The notes under the pieces were generated by a model. The model was given only the letters and a program-made list of their open reading frames with translations, did no database searches and was not told where the DNA came from. A stretch of 64,000 nt of DNA. Source: an uncultured Gammaproteobacteria bacterium (GTDB lineage: Bacteria; Patescibacteriota; Microgenomatia; Levybacterales; GWA1-39-11). Location of the stretch: positions 502,572 to 566,571 of the forward strand of contig CAYVFE010000001.1 of assembly GCA_964450885.1 (NCBI GenBank), given 5' to 3'. Both the position numbers and the translations under genes were made by a program. Every line of letters begins with the position of its first letter. Within the stretch, counting starts at the first letter, position 1. Of this stretch, positions 1-9,148 are shown piece by piece.

Positions 1-43
1 TCTGTCTATAATTTCCAAATATTTATACAAAAAGGGACATCAG

Positions 44-955
44 GTGACAATCATTTGTGAGAAGCATGATAAGAGTCTTAAAAATATTGAGACCATAGAT
101 GGAATCAGAGTGATCCGTATTCCGATCTCCCATTCGGAAAGGAATAAGAAATTTGAGATTTGGAAATGGATTTTAAAAAACAGAGAACTAATAGATAGTT
201 TTGATGTAATCCATATCCACGATGTCTTTTTTTGGATTCTGCCATTGGTGTTCACTGTTAGAAGAGGTCATATTTATATGACATTTCATGGATACGAGGG
301 GTATCCTGTAAGATTCGGAAGTAAAATTCAGAAGAAAATAGCTGATATGTATAGCTCGGGAACTATTACTATAGGAGATTTTATTAATAAATGGTATGGT
401 TTGAAGTCTGATGCGGTAATATATGGAGGAGTTTTTAACATCAAAACAGGTTCAAATCGTCCAAAAAACCCTCTTTCCGCTATTTTTTTCGGAAGATTCG
501 AACCTCTTACAGGAATAGATCAATATTATAAAGCATACAAAATACTTAAGAATAGACATAAGACATTTGAATTTGAGGCTATCGGTAAAGGAAGGTATAG
601 GGATAAGTTAGAGGATATCTCTATTACACCATTTAAGTCAAAAATTACAGATCAGATTCAAAATAGCCGATTTATTTTTGTTTCAGGGTATCTTTCCATG
701 CTTGAGGCGATGATTCAAAAAAGACTTGTGATTGCAGTATATAATAATCCTCTAAAAAAAGATTATCTTTTGGATTCTCCCTTTAGAAAGTATGTGGATA
801 TATGTAGTTCGGGAAATGATATTGCAGAAAAGATTGAATTTTATATTAAAAATCCTAAAGAAGAGGAGAAGAAGATAGATAAAGCTTATTTATGGGCAAA
901 AGAGCAGACTTGGGAAAAGGTTGTCGATACGTACATCAATCTATGGCAAATATAA
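44..955 (+). CDS. GT-B fold glycosyltransferase (GT4/GT1-clan-like). No in-frame stop lies between base 2 and the GTG at 44, so the gene may be truncated at the 5-prime end by the window edge.
   Basis: C-terminal motifs typical of retaining GT-B enzymes: FFGRFEPLTGID..KAY (GRxxxxKG-like), EAIGKG, and the E-x7-E region LSMLEAMIQKRLVIA. The stop overlaps the next gene. Confidence 0.6.
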   Translation: MTIICEKHDKSLKNIETIDGIRVIRIPISHSERNKKFEIWKWILKNRELIDSFDVIHIHDVFFWILPLVFTVRRGHIYMTFHGYEGYPVRFGSKIQKKIADMYSSGTITIGDFINKWYGLKSDAVIYGGVFNIKTGSNRPKNPLSAIFFGRFEPLTGIDQYYKAYKILKNRHKTFEFEAIGKGRYRDKLEDISITPFKSKITDQIQNSRFIFVSGYLSMLEAMIQKRLVIAVYNNPLKKDYLLDSPFRKYVDICSSGNDIAEKIEFYIKNPKEEEKKIDKAYLWAKEQTWEKVVDTYINLWQI

Positions 956-3504
956 AAAAATCCCTGATAGTTACTGTCTATAACGAAGAGTCGTCAATAA
1001 ACTCTTTATTAGATTCGATATATACACAATCAGAATTTCCACACGAGTTGGTAATTGTGGATGGTGGATCTTTAGATAAAACCTTTGAGCTTATAAAAAA
1101 ACACAAGTTAGCTAGTAAAATTAAAGTCAAGGTTCTTGAAAAAAAAGGGAATATTGCAAAAGGACGTAATTTTGCTATAGAGAATGCAACTGGAGAGGTA
1201 ATTGCGATAACTGATGCTGGATGCAGATTAGATAAAAAATGGTTTGAGAATATCACGCGTCCATTCAGCGATAAAAAAATAGATATAGTAGCAGGGTATT
1301 ACAGAGGAAATCCAAAAAGTAATTTTCAAAAGGCCTTAGTGCCTTATGTATTGGTTATGCCAGAAAAAATCAATGAGAGTGAATTTCTACCCTCCGCACG
1401 TTCGATGGCAATGAGAAGAGGCGTATGGAAAAGACTTGGGGGTTTTTCGGAAAAACTTAATCAATCAGAAGACTATGACTTTGCAAGACGAGCAAAAAAT
1501 ATATTTAATATAAAATTTGTAAGAAAAGCTATTGTTTCATGGAGTCCTAGAGAAAGTATATTTTCGGCATATAAAATGTTTTATAAGTATGCATATGGTG
1601 ATATAAAGGCGGGAATTTTGAGACCTAGGGTTGTTGGAATGTTTGCGAGATATTTGTTTGCTGTTCTGTCAATTCTTGCTGCGAGGTTTGTGTCATTCGA
1701 ACTTCCGTATTATCTCAGTGGACTTTATTTACTAACATATGGATTCTGGTCGATCCATAAAAATTATAAATATGTCCGAGATAAATCAGCAGTGCTTTAT
1801 CTTCCGATGATCCAGATAGTGTCTGATATAGCAGTTATGGGCGGATCATTGTCCTCAGCCCTGGTACGTATAGCTAATTTTTTAGTAGTTTTTGCAAAAA
1901 AAGAAAGGAGCACTTTTCTGGCGATTTTGCTATTTATAGTTCTGACGTTAAGTATTATTAAATGGGGACTTCCTAGTAGTAGTCATCCATTCATATATCA
2001 CATGGATGAATGGCATCAGCTCCAATCTATTCGTAATTTATTCATACACCTTTCGCCAAATATGGAAGGGTCCGCGAATGGACCAATTTTTCATTTTGGG
2101 TTGAGCGGGATATATGTAGCGGTTCTTTCTATTTTAGGATTAGTAAATCCGTTTGTTATCAATTCTTCACTAGATAACTTAAATGCGCAAAATTTATTGT
2201 TTGTATATCTACGGTTAAGCACATTATTCTTCTCTTTGGGTGCAGTAGGCTTAATAATTTATATTCTCCGGAAGCAGCTCAAGGTTTCACTGATCGTTTT
2301 GCCAGTTGTTCTCTTCCTATTTTCCCCATCATGGATATCATTAAGTAATTATTTTAAATACGATATAGCTCTTTTGTTCTGGATAATATTATCGATTCTT
2401 TTGATATTCAAATTTTCGACAACGCCTAATTTGAAAAATTATTTACTTGCTGCTCTTCCAGTTGCTTTGGCGATAACTACAAAAATCAGTGCTCTGCCTC
2501 TATTTATAATCTATGTTTTAGCATTTTTTATATATAAGGTGAAACCTCTTAGTAACTTGAGATATCTTTTTCTGGGGACCATCTTATTTTTGACAATCTT
2601 TTTTGTTCTGGGGGTCCCGGACCTATTCTTGGGAACAGGAGACTACCATGAATATTTTTACTCAAATTTAGTCTCTGCCCCTTCGGAGACAGCCAACTAC
2701 AAATTGGGAACGTCATACTGGATCTATCTTTTTACAAATCAAATTCCGGTTCTGTTTGGTCTGTCAATCGTAATCCTCTTTGTCTTTTCGTTGACTTATT
2801 TTACAAAGATAACAATAGCCTCAGGTATAAAAAATATATTTAAAACGAAAAAGAACGAGGTATTTATTCTATCTTCTTTTATCATCTTTGCGGTAAGTCT
2901 TATCCCATTAAAACTTTTTATCGTAAATAGGAGTTTGGTTATTTTGCCGTTTGTCGTTCTATTTATCGGATTAATATTTCAGAAATTTATTGACAATAAT
3001 GCAGATAGAAAAAAGATAGTTCTTTTTATTGTGAGTGTTTTACTAATATTACAGATTGTCCAAGGGTCTTCTTGGATATTCATAAAATATAGTGATCCAA
3101 GAGAGATATCGTCTAAATGGATACTGGAAAATATCGATAAAGGTTCGGAGATAGGGATAGAAAGTGTTCCTATTTATCAATTTCTTCCGGATTTAGTACT
3201 TAAAGAATACTATCAGTCAGAGCGAAATATTGATACAGATATGAATTATAAATATCGGATAATAGACGGTGAAAGTGAGGTCTTGCCGGAATACATAGTT
3301 ATCTCAAATGTTGATATCGCTGCAAGCTATATACATAAATCCCCGAAGAAGAGTTTGATTTTAAGGATGAACAAAGAGGAATACGAAGTCATTAAGGAGT
3401 TTAAATTAAAAAGAGAAATAAATGATTTGTTCGCGACCAGGTTAGATTTTTTCATAAGTCTGCTTTCACCGACACCAAACATCTATATTTATGGTAAACC
3501 TTAA
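943..3504 (+). CDS. Fusion protein: N-terminal GT2 (GT-A fold) glycosyltransferase domain plus a ~600 aa polytopic membrane domain (GT-C / PMT-ArnT-like).
   Basis: GT2 hallmarks: SLIVTVYNEE...LVIVDGGSLDKT...ITDAGCRLD. Residues 250-870 are almost entirely hydrophobic helices. The likely start is the internal Met (MANIKK), which overlaps the upstream gene by 13 nt; the ORF track starts at 892. Confidence 0.65.
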   Translation: MANIKKSLIVTVYNEESSINSLLDSIYTQSEFPHELVIVDGGSLDKTFELIKKHKLASKIKVKVLEKKGNIAKGRNFAIENATGEVIAITDAGCRLDKKWFENITRPFSDKKIDIVAGYYRGNPKSNFQKALVPYVLVMPEKINESEFLPSARSMAMRRGVWKRLGGFSEKLNQSEDYDFARRAKNIFNIKFVRKAIVSWSPRESIFSAYKMFYKYAYGDIKAGILRPRVVGMFARYLFAVLSILAARFVSFELPYYLSGLYLLTYGFWSIHKNYKYVRDKSAVLYLPMIQIVSDIAVMGGSLSSALVRIANFLVVFAKKERSTFLAILLFIVLTLSIIKWGLPSSSHPFIYHMDEWHQLQSIRNLFIHLSPNMEGSANGPIFHFGLSGIYVAVLSILGLVNPFVINSSLDNLNAQNLLFVYLRLSTLFFSLGAVGLIIYILRKQLKVSLIVLPVVLFLFSPSWISLSNYFKYDIALLFWIILSILLIFKFSTTPNLKNYLLAALPVALAITTKISALPLFIIYVLAFFIYKVKPLSNLRYLFLGTILFLTIFFVLGVPDLFLGTGDYHEYFYSNLVSAPSETANYKLGTSYWIYLFTNQIPVLFGLSIVILFVFSLTYFTKITIASGIKNIFKTKKNEVFILSSFIIFAVSLIPLKLFIVNRSLVILPFVVLFIGLIFQKFIDNNADRKKIVLFIVSVLLILQIVQGSSWIFIKYSDPREISSKWILENIDKGSEIGIESVPIYQFLPDLVLKEYYQSERNIDTDMNYKYRIIDGESEVLPEYIVISNVDIAASYIHKSPKKSLILRMNKEEYEVIKEFKLKREINDLFATRLDFFISLLSPTPNIYIYGKP

Positions 3505-3507
3505 TGT

Positions 3508-4731
3508 ATGGGTTATTTCGGACAAACTATTAAAGGCATTTCATGGATAGGGGGGCTAAGAGGAGTGACCCGTGGATTGGCGTTTGTCAGGATTTTGATT
3601 CTGGCTCGGTTGTTGACCCCTTCTCAATTTGGTTTGTTTGGGGTAGCATCTTTTATGCTCGCGCTCGTAGAGGTTTTTACCGAAACAGGTATAAATATTT
3701 TCTTAGTTCAGCGGGAAGGTAAGATAGATAACTATTTAAGCTCTGCGTGGATAATTTCAATTTTTCGTGGATTCATAATTTTTACAGTCATACTCGTAAG
3801 TGCACCATTTGCATCTAGTCTTTTCAATGCGCAGGATGCTCTGGGTCTACTTATTCTTATAGCTTTTGTGCCTTTAGTCAGGGGTTTTATAAATCCAGCA
3901 GTCGTTTTGTATCAGAAGGAGTTGAGCTTTCATAAAGAATTTTATTTTAAGGCAACAGTATTATCATTTGAGGTTGTTGTTTCAGTAATACTAGCCTATC
4001 TACTGCGGTCTCCAGCAGGGCTTATCCTCGGACTTATAGCAAGCGCTATTTTAGAAGTCTTTCTTTCTTTTCTTTTAATAAAATCAAGACCTACATTTAA
4101 ATTTGAAAGAATGCGGTTTGTGGAAGTTTTGCATACTGGTAAGTGGGTTACAATATCAACAATTTTTAATTATTTATACCAGAATGTTGATGATATGGTA
4201 GTTGTGAGATTTTTGAATACCACAAGTCTGGGATTTTACCAAATGGCATACAAGCTTGCGATGCTGCCGATAACAGAGGTTGCAGATGTTGTAGGTAGAG
4301 TAACATTTCCTGTATATGCTAGAATTTCCGGAGATAAAAAGAGACTAAAAAAAGCATTTTATAAGACCATAGCAGCAAATTTAATTCTCTCCTCGCCTGT
4401 AGTTATTGTGTTTATTATATTTCCAAATCAAATAGTTCTATTGATTCTGGGGGAGAAATGGCTAGGTGCCGTGCCTGCATTTCAGGTGTTAGTGTTTTTT
4501 GGACTCGCTAGAGCAGTTACAAGTCCAGCGACGGTATTACTTCTGGCGTTAAAGAGGCAGGATGTTGTCGCAAAAATATCACTTGGCACCTTTTTGTTAA
4601 TGGCCTTGACGATTATTCCTTTTGTCACGATTTGGGGGATTTTTGGAGCAGGTCTCTCATCAGTTTTGGCGTCCGTCATTATGATCCCATTTGCGTATTA
4701 TTTCTCTCTTAGATACTTCTCGGATAAATAG
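3508..4731 (+). CDS. Polysaccharide biosynthesis flippase-like membrane protein (Wzx/MurJ, MOP superfamily).
   Basis: Roughly 12 predicted TM helices. The N-terminal LLTPSQFGLFGVASFMLALVEVFTETGINIFLVQ motif is typical of PST-family flippases. Confidence 0.5.
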   Translation: MGYFGQTIKGISWIGGLRGVTRGLAFVRILILARLLTPSQFGLFGVASFMLALVEVFTETGINIFLVQREGKIDNYLSSAWIISIFRGFIIFTVILVSAPFASSLFNAQDALGLLILIAFVPLVRGFINPAVVLYQKELSFHKEFYFKATVLSFEVVVSVILAYLLRSPAGLILGLIASAILEVFLSFLLIKSRPTFKFERMRFVEVLHTGKWVTISTIFNYLYQNVDDMVVVRFLNTTSLGFYQMAYKLAMLPITEVADVVGRVTFPVYARISGDKKRLKKAFYKTIAANLILSSPVVIVFIIFPNQIVLLILGEKWLGAVPAFQVLVFFGLARAVTSPATVLLLALKRQDVVAKISLGTFLLMALTIIPFVTIWGIFGAGLSSVLASVIMIPFAYYFSLRYFSDK

Positions 4732-4753
4732 TAAAGGAGTTTTTACCAGCAAA

Positions 4754-6181
4754 TTAATTTATTTTTTCTCCCACTATGACTACATATGTAAACAGGTCTT
4801 TAACTCCAAAATGAAATCCTGTCAGCTTGAAGTTTGAGTCTGCCATAATCTTTCTTATTTGAGATTTAGATTTGACTTTGGTTATTTCATGAGGATGGAG
4901 ACGAATATTTTTTTTCAATATGTTGTTGAGCAGAAAGTGTATCGAATTAAGAAAGATTACACTAAGACCAAAATATGGAGGCCAAAAAAGTACGATTTTC
5001 GAGTGTGATTTTAGTACTCTGTTGAATTCATCCAGAGTCTTTCTGATCTCTTTTTTATCCAGGTGCTCCATTACGCCTAGATTGTAGATGCCGTCATATG
5101 TGCTATTTTTTGCTGGAATTTTCATAATACTTCCATGGAGTATTTTGCAATCTTTTCCGTAAAGATGTTTGTATCTGTTTAATGCCTCTGCAGAGATATC
5201 AAGGGCAGTAACATCCATTATTTTTACTATATCGCTATCCACCTGACCACCTCCGCAGCCCGCATGCAGTATTTTTGACTGCATTTTGTAAGTTGATTTT
5301 ATATGCTGATTTAATGCAGGTTTTATAATGAATTTTCTATAAAACACAGCTAAAGTGTCGTAGAAAATTTTTCTTTTGTTTCTATCCATTTTCCAATATG
5401 CATCCCATTCCTTTTCCACGGTGCCTTTTTTTTGATGCGACTTAATACTTGCTGGATGCCAGATATATGAGTCACGGTAAATCTTTGATAGGTATGCAGT
5501 CTGAAATAGGAATTTAAAACTGTACCACGCGTCAGATATTTTCATCTTCGACGACCCGTAGGTTCTGGCAGAAAGTTTTACTGGAACTTCTTTAACCTTA
5601 TACCCGTTAAGAATGAGGATAAACAGGCTTTCAAAAAAAAATGAGTATCCTGTAGACGTTATGAGCTTAAATACCTCTTTGTCCACTTTTTTTAAATTGT
5701 AAAGCCTGAAAGCGCTAGTGGCATCAAAGGGAATGTGAAGAATTTTTTTAGTCAAGAAGTGTCCAGTTATGGCTAGTGTTTTGCGGAATATATTCCAATC
5801 CGAGATTCCATCACTTTTCATATAGCGGGAAGCGATTACTATATCTGATCGGCCCTTTTTATCGATGAGTTTTTTTATAGTTTTTGGGTTATGGGTAAAA
5901 TCTGCATCCATCGTAATAAGGGTCTTGTACCCTTTTTCGTAAGCGTATCTTATTCCATCAGCATGAGCACTTCCGATGCCCAGCTTACTTCCTCTTTTAA
6001 TCAATTTTATATGTGCATCTTTTTTTTGAAGTGCACTAATTTTTTTAGAAGTGCCATCTGGAGAGTTATCGTCGATAAAAAGAATATCTATGCTGGGCAA
6101 ATATTTTTTAATTTTCAAATATAAGGGTTGAATATTTTCTACTTCTTTGTAGGTGGGAATAAGTACCAGAGTATTGTTCAT
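4754..6181 (-). CDS. Fusion protein: GT2 polyprenyl-phosphate sugar synthase-like domain (DPM1/ArnC-like) plus a C-terminal class I SAM-dependent methyltransferase.
   Basis: N-terminus: LVLIPTYKEVENI...LFIDDNSPDGT...TMDADFTHNP, a DPM1-like DxD region. C-terminus: LHAGCGGGQVDSD...ALDIS...LHGSIMKIP...DGIYNLGVMEHL, Rossmann MT motifs I-III. Confidence 0.65.
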   Translation of the reverse strand: MNNTLVLIPTYKEVENIQPLYLKIKKYLPSIDILFIDDNSPDGTSKKISALQKKDAHIKLIKRGSKLGIGSAHADGIRYAYEKGYKTLITMDADFTHNPKTIKKLIDKKGRSDIVIASRYMKSDGISDWNIFRKTLAITGHFLTKKILHIPFDATSAFRLYNLKKVDKEVFKLITSTGYSFFFESLFILILNGYKVKEVPVKLSARTYGSSKMKISDAWYSFKFLFQTAYLSKIYRDSYIWHPASIKSHQKKGTVEKEWDAYWKMDRNKRKIFYDTLAVFYRKFIIKPALNQHIKSTYKMQSKILHAGCGGGQVDSDIVKIMDVTALDISAEALNRYKHLYGKDCKILHGSIMKIPAKNSTYDGIYNLGVMEHLDKKEIRKTLDEFNRVLKSHSKIVLFWPPYFGLSVIFLNSIHFLLNNILKKNIRLHPHEITKVKSKSQIRKIMADSNFKLTGFHFGVKDLFTYVVIVGEKIN

Positions 6182-6271
6182 GAATCTTAATAAGTACGGA
6201 TATAAAATCTAATAATTCTAACAAAAGATAAAATTAATTTCTATGCATCGATTGCATATTTTTGAATAGAA

Positions 6272-7516
6272 TCATACAATTTCCAGCGCCGGCAAAGGAA
6301 AAATGAAATGTCCTCCCGATTTTAGGTAATCTTTTTCACGTTGCAAAAATTCTTCTTTAAAGAACCATGGAAGTACTAGCATATAGTCTGGTTGTTCTTT
6401 TCTTGCTTGATCTTCCGAGATAATGGGGATGCCTACAGAAGCAATATTTGTTCCCCATTTTTCGGGATTCCTTTCGACGGCCTTATCAATAAGCTTGTTA
6501 TCCAGATCGAAATATTGAAGTAGTGTATTTCCACGGGTTGACGCACCGTAAATATAAATCTTCTTTCCATTCTCGTGTTCCCTTTTTATAAATTCATAAA
6601 CGTCTTTTTTAATTGATTTTATTCTTTTTGCAAAGTCTGTGTATATTTTTTGCCTTTTTAAATTTATAAGACTTTCGAGCTGCAGCTGCTCACGAACATA
6701 ATTTGTTATTGGAAACTTATCCTTTTTGCAAATATATGTTCTAAAGCTCCCTCCATTAAGGTCTCTTAATTCCAAATCAAATACTTCTAAGCCATGTTGG
6801 CCTAACAGGTTTTGAAGAGAGGTTAAAGAATAGTACTCTAGGTGCTCATGAACTATATTATCGAATGCGTTTTGAGTAAGCATTTTAACGAGATAGTTTT
6901 GCTGTATTACAAAAACCCCATCATCTTTTAATATTTTGATTACATCAGACACAAATTTATTTGGGTGCTCCATATCATAGAAACATGAAATCGCTGTTAC
7001 TATGTCTGCTTTATTATTGACTAAAAAAGGACTAACTGATTCATAATTAAAAAAATCCGACACAACTGCATTGGCGTGTTTTTTACTATACTTTGCAAAT
7101 TTCTTTATGGGGTCAACAGCTAGTCTATAGTAGCCTTTAGGATAATTTGAAAGCAACGTTCCATCGTTTGCGCCAATATCAACCACTGTAAGTTTTTCTT
7201 TCTTCCCTGCGATTTTTAGGGTTTTTCTGACTACATCAGATAACTCGTCTTGCATCGTCTTGTTTATTCCGGATTTATAACCATAATTTTCGCTATAAAG
7301 TAGAGAAGTTGGGGCATTGTGTTTTAGTTGCAGGAGATGGCAGTCTTTGCAAAAGATTAGTTTTAAGGGAAAGCTTTGAGGCTTTTTATTGCTTTTGGTG
7401 AATTCAGAAAGATACAATTTGCCTAAATTTAGGATGGTTGAAAGATTTTGCGATTTGCAGGACCTACAGTATCTGATCGATATATCTTTACTTTTCATCA
7501 ATTTTAATATCGTCAA
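6272..7516 (-). CDS. SAM-dependent methyltransferase with an N-terminal Cys4 zinc ribbon (domain layout of NDP-hexose C-methyltransferases such as TylCIII).
   Basis: CRSCKSQNL...CKDCHLLQL, then VVDIGANDGTLL (motif I), then a C-terminal alpha/beta extension. Confidence 0.55.
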   Translation of the reverse strand: MTILKLMKSKDISIRYCRSCKSQNLSTILNLGKLYLSEFTKSNKKPQSFPLKLIFCKDCHLLQLKHNAPTSLLYSENYGYKSGINKTMQDELSDVVRKTLKIAGKKEKLTVVDIGANDGTLLSNYPKGYYRLAVDPIKKFAKYSKKHANAVVSDFFNYESVSPFLVNNKADIVTAISCFYDMEHPNKFVSDVIKILKDDGVFVIQQNYLVKMLTQNAFDNIVHEHLEYYSLTSLQNLLGQHGLEVFDLELRDLNGGSFRTYICKKDKFPITNYVREQLQLESLINLKRQKIYTDFAKRIKSIKKDVYEFIKREHENGKKIYIYGASTRGNTLLQYFDLDNKLIDKAVERNPEKWGTNIASVGIPIISEDQARKEQPDYMLVLPWFFKEEFLQREKDYLKSGGHFIFPLPALEIV

Positions 7517-7568
7517 TTATATATTAAAAATACTGTAAAACAAATAAGAAGCTCATCGTTAAAGTTGG

Positions 7569-7577
7569 TATAATCAC
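7569..7577 (+). promoter_or_regulatory. Extended -10 promoter element (TGgTATAAT) for the GT-C gene at 7610; this region is shared divergently with the methyltransferase gene.
   Basis: The sequence aaagTTGGTATAATcac lies about 33 nt upstream of the ATG. No good -35 element is present. Confidence 0.35.
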
Positions 7578-7609
7578 TAGGTAAATACGTGAGCACAGGG
7601 ATTTAATGC

Positions 7610-9148
7610 ATGAAATATAAATATATTGTTATTATTCTAATCTTTTGTTTTTCTCTATTCATAAGGCTGGCGACTTTAAATCAGATCGGAAGAACATGGG
7701 ATGAGCCTCAGTTCATAGAAGAGGGATATAGAATGGTGGAATTATTTAAAGCAGGGGATTTAAATAATAGTTTTTTTTATACGACTTACGATCACCCGCC
7801 ACTTATCAAATACATATTTGGAATTACATCGTATCTTGATATAAAAGAAACGAAACCGAATGGCGATGTTATTTTTAATTATGATTACACTTATTCTAGA
7901 ATATTATCTGCGACTCTCTTTTCTATAGGCGTGGTAATGACGGTGCTTTTGGGGTGGAGACTGTTTTCACCATTTGTGGGGGGTATTTCAGGTGTTATTC
8001 TGGCTATGCTGCCATTTTCTGTTGGTCTTTCGCAATTAATCAGTGCGGAGAGTTTGAAGATATTTATCTATCCTATTGCAATTTATTCAATTTTGTTGCT
8101 TGTTGAAAAGTTTTCATTAAAAAGAGCTATAGTTGTTGGGTTAATAATAGGCATCGCTCTTCAAGTCAAACAGTCAAACGGTTTACTGTTCCTGGTGCTC
8201 GTGGGCATGCTGATAATTAGATACTTTAGTTTAGGTAAAAAGAAAAGGCTAGGATACATTAAGAGTAGGATTGCTGGATTTTTTGTAGTAGTAGTCGGCA
8301 GTATGCTTTCCTTTATAGCGCTGTGGCCTCAAGCGATATTCAATTTGGACAAGATTTATAAGATTCATGACAAATTTTGGGGTGTTGAATTTTCTCCAAA
8401 ACCATGGCTTATTACGATGTCTGTACCCGAAGTTTTCTTTGGAAGACTGATCATAACGCCGAATTTTTATTATCTTGTCTATTTTTTCATAAGTACACCA
8501 GTGGTTATTTTAGCCCTGTTTTTTGTAGGTATTTGGAAGATAGTAATGTCAAAAAACTGGAAGCTTTATATTCTGATTATTTGGTTTTGTGTTCCTTTTC
8601 TCCTATCTCTTTATTCATGGAGACAGCATGGGCTTCGATATCTTATTGAAATTTATCCAGCCTTAGCGCTTATTTCCGCTATAGGATTTGATTCTTTGGC
8701 CAGTAGGCTTACTACCAGCCTTCGCAATAAAGCGTTGATATTTGGACTAGTTATTATTTATCTTTTCGCATCTCTTTTATACGTGAAACCATATTATTTA
8801 GAGTACTATAATGAATTAGTGGGGGGTACAGGTAATGTTTACAGGAATAACTGGTTTCAAATAGGCTGGTGGGGACAGGGATTAAGAGAGGCTGGTCTAT
8901 ATATAATCAACAATTCTGAAAATGATTCTGAGATAGGGCTTGCTATTTCTCCCGATCATGTTTTGCCCCGTTCTGAAAATTTAATTTACTCAGATTTTGT
9001 GGAATCCAAAAATTATGATTATGTAATAGTAAATCATTATCACATTATCCGTGATGGATTTGATGATAGCAGCATAAGGGCTGATTATAATTTAATTTAT
9101 CAGGTCAAAGCTGATGGGGCAACACTGGTCTATATATATAAGAAATGA
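7610..9148 (+). CDS. GT-C fold polyprenyl-phosphate-sugar-dependent membrane glycosyltransferase (PMT/ArnT, GT39/GT83-like).
   Basis: Multiple TM helices. The first extracytoplasmic loop carries the conserved acidic motif RTWDEPQF..EEGY...YDHPPL, characteristic of PMT/ArnT/Stt3-type GT-C enzymes. Confidence 0.55.
   Translation: MKYKYIVIILIFCFSLFIRLATLNQIGRTWDEPQFIEEGYRMVELFKAGDLNNSFFYTTYDHPPLIKYIFGITSYLDIKETKPNGDVIFNYDYTYSRILSATLFSIGVVMTVLLGWRLFSPFVGGISGVILAMLPFSVGLSQLISAESLKIFIYPIAIYSILLLVEKFSLKRAIVVGLIIGIALQVKQSNGLLFLVLVGMLIIRYFSLGKKKRLGYIKSRIAGFFVVVVGSMLSFIALWPQAIFNLDKIYKIHDKFWGVEFSPKPWLITMSVPEVFFGRLIITPNFYYLVYFFISTPVVILALFFVGIWKIVMSKNWKLYILIIWFCVPFLLSLYSWRQHGLRYLIEIYPALALISAIGFDSLASRLTTSLRNKALIFGLVIIYLFASLLYVKPYYLEYYNELVGGTGNVYRNNWFQIGWWGQGLREAGLYIINNSENDSEIGLAISPDHVLPRSENLIYSDFVESKNYDYVIVNHYHIIRDGFDDSSIRADYNLIYQVKADGATLVYIYKK

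Noticed and set aside
40-255. A 71 aa minus-strand ORF at the window start.
   Set aside because: It is antisense to the GT-B glycosyltransferase gene with a hydrophobic low-complexity translation, so it is spurious.
6243-6257. Imperfect palindrome ATGCA-tcgat-TGCAT between the two methyltransferase-containing genes.
   Set aside because: It has only 5 bp arms and an imperfect centre, with no adjacent T-run or promoter spacing that would give it a clear role.
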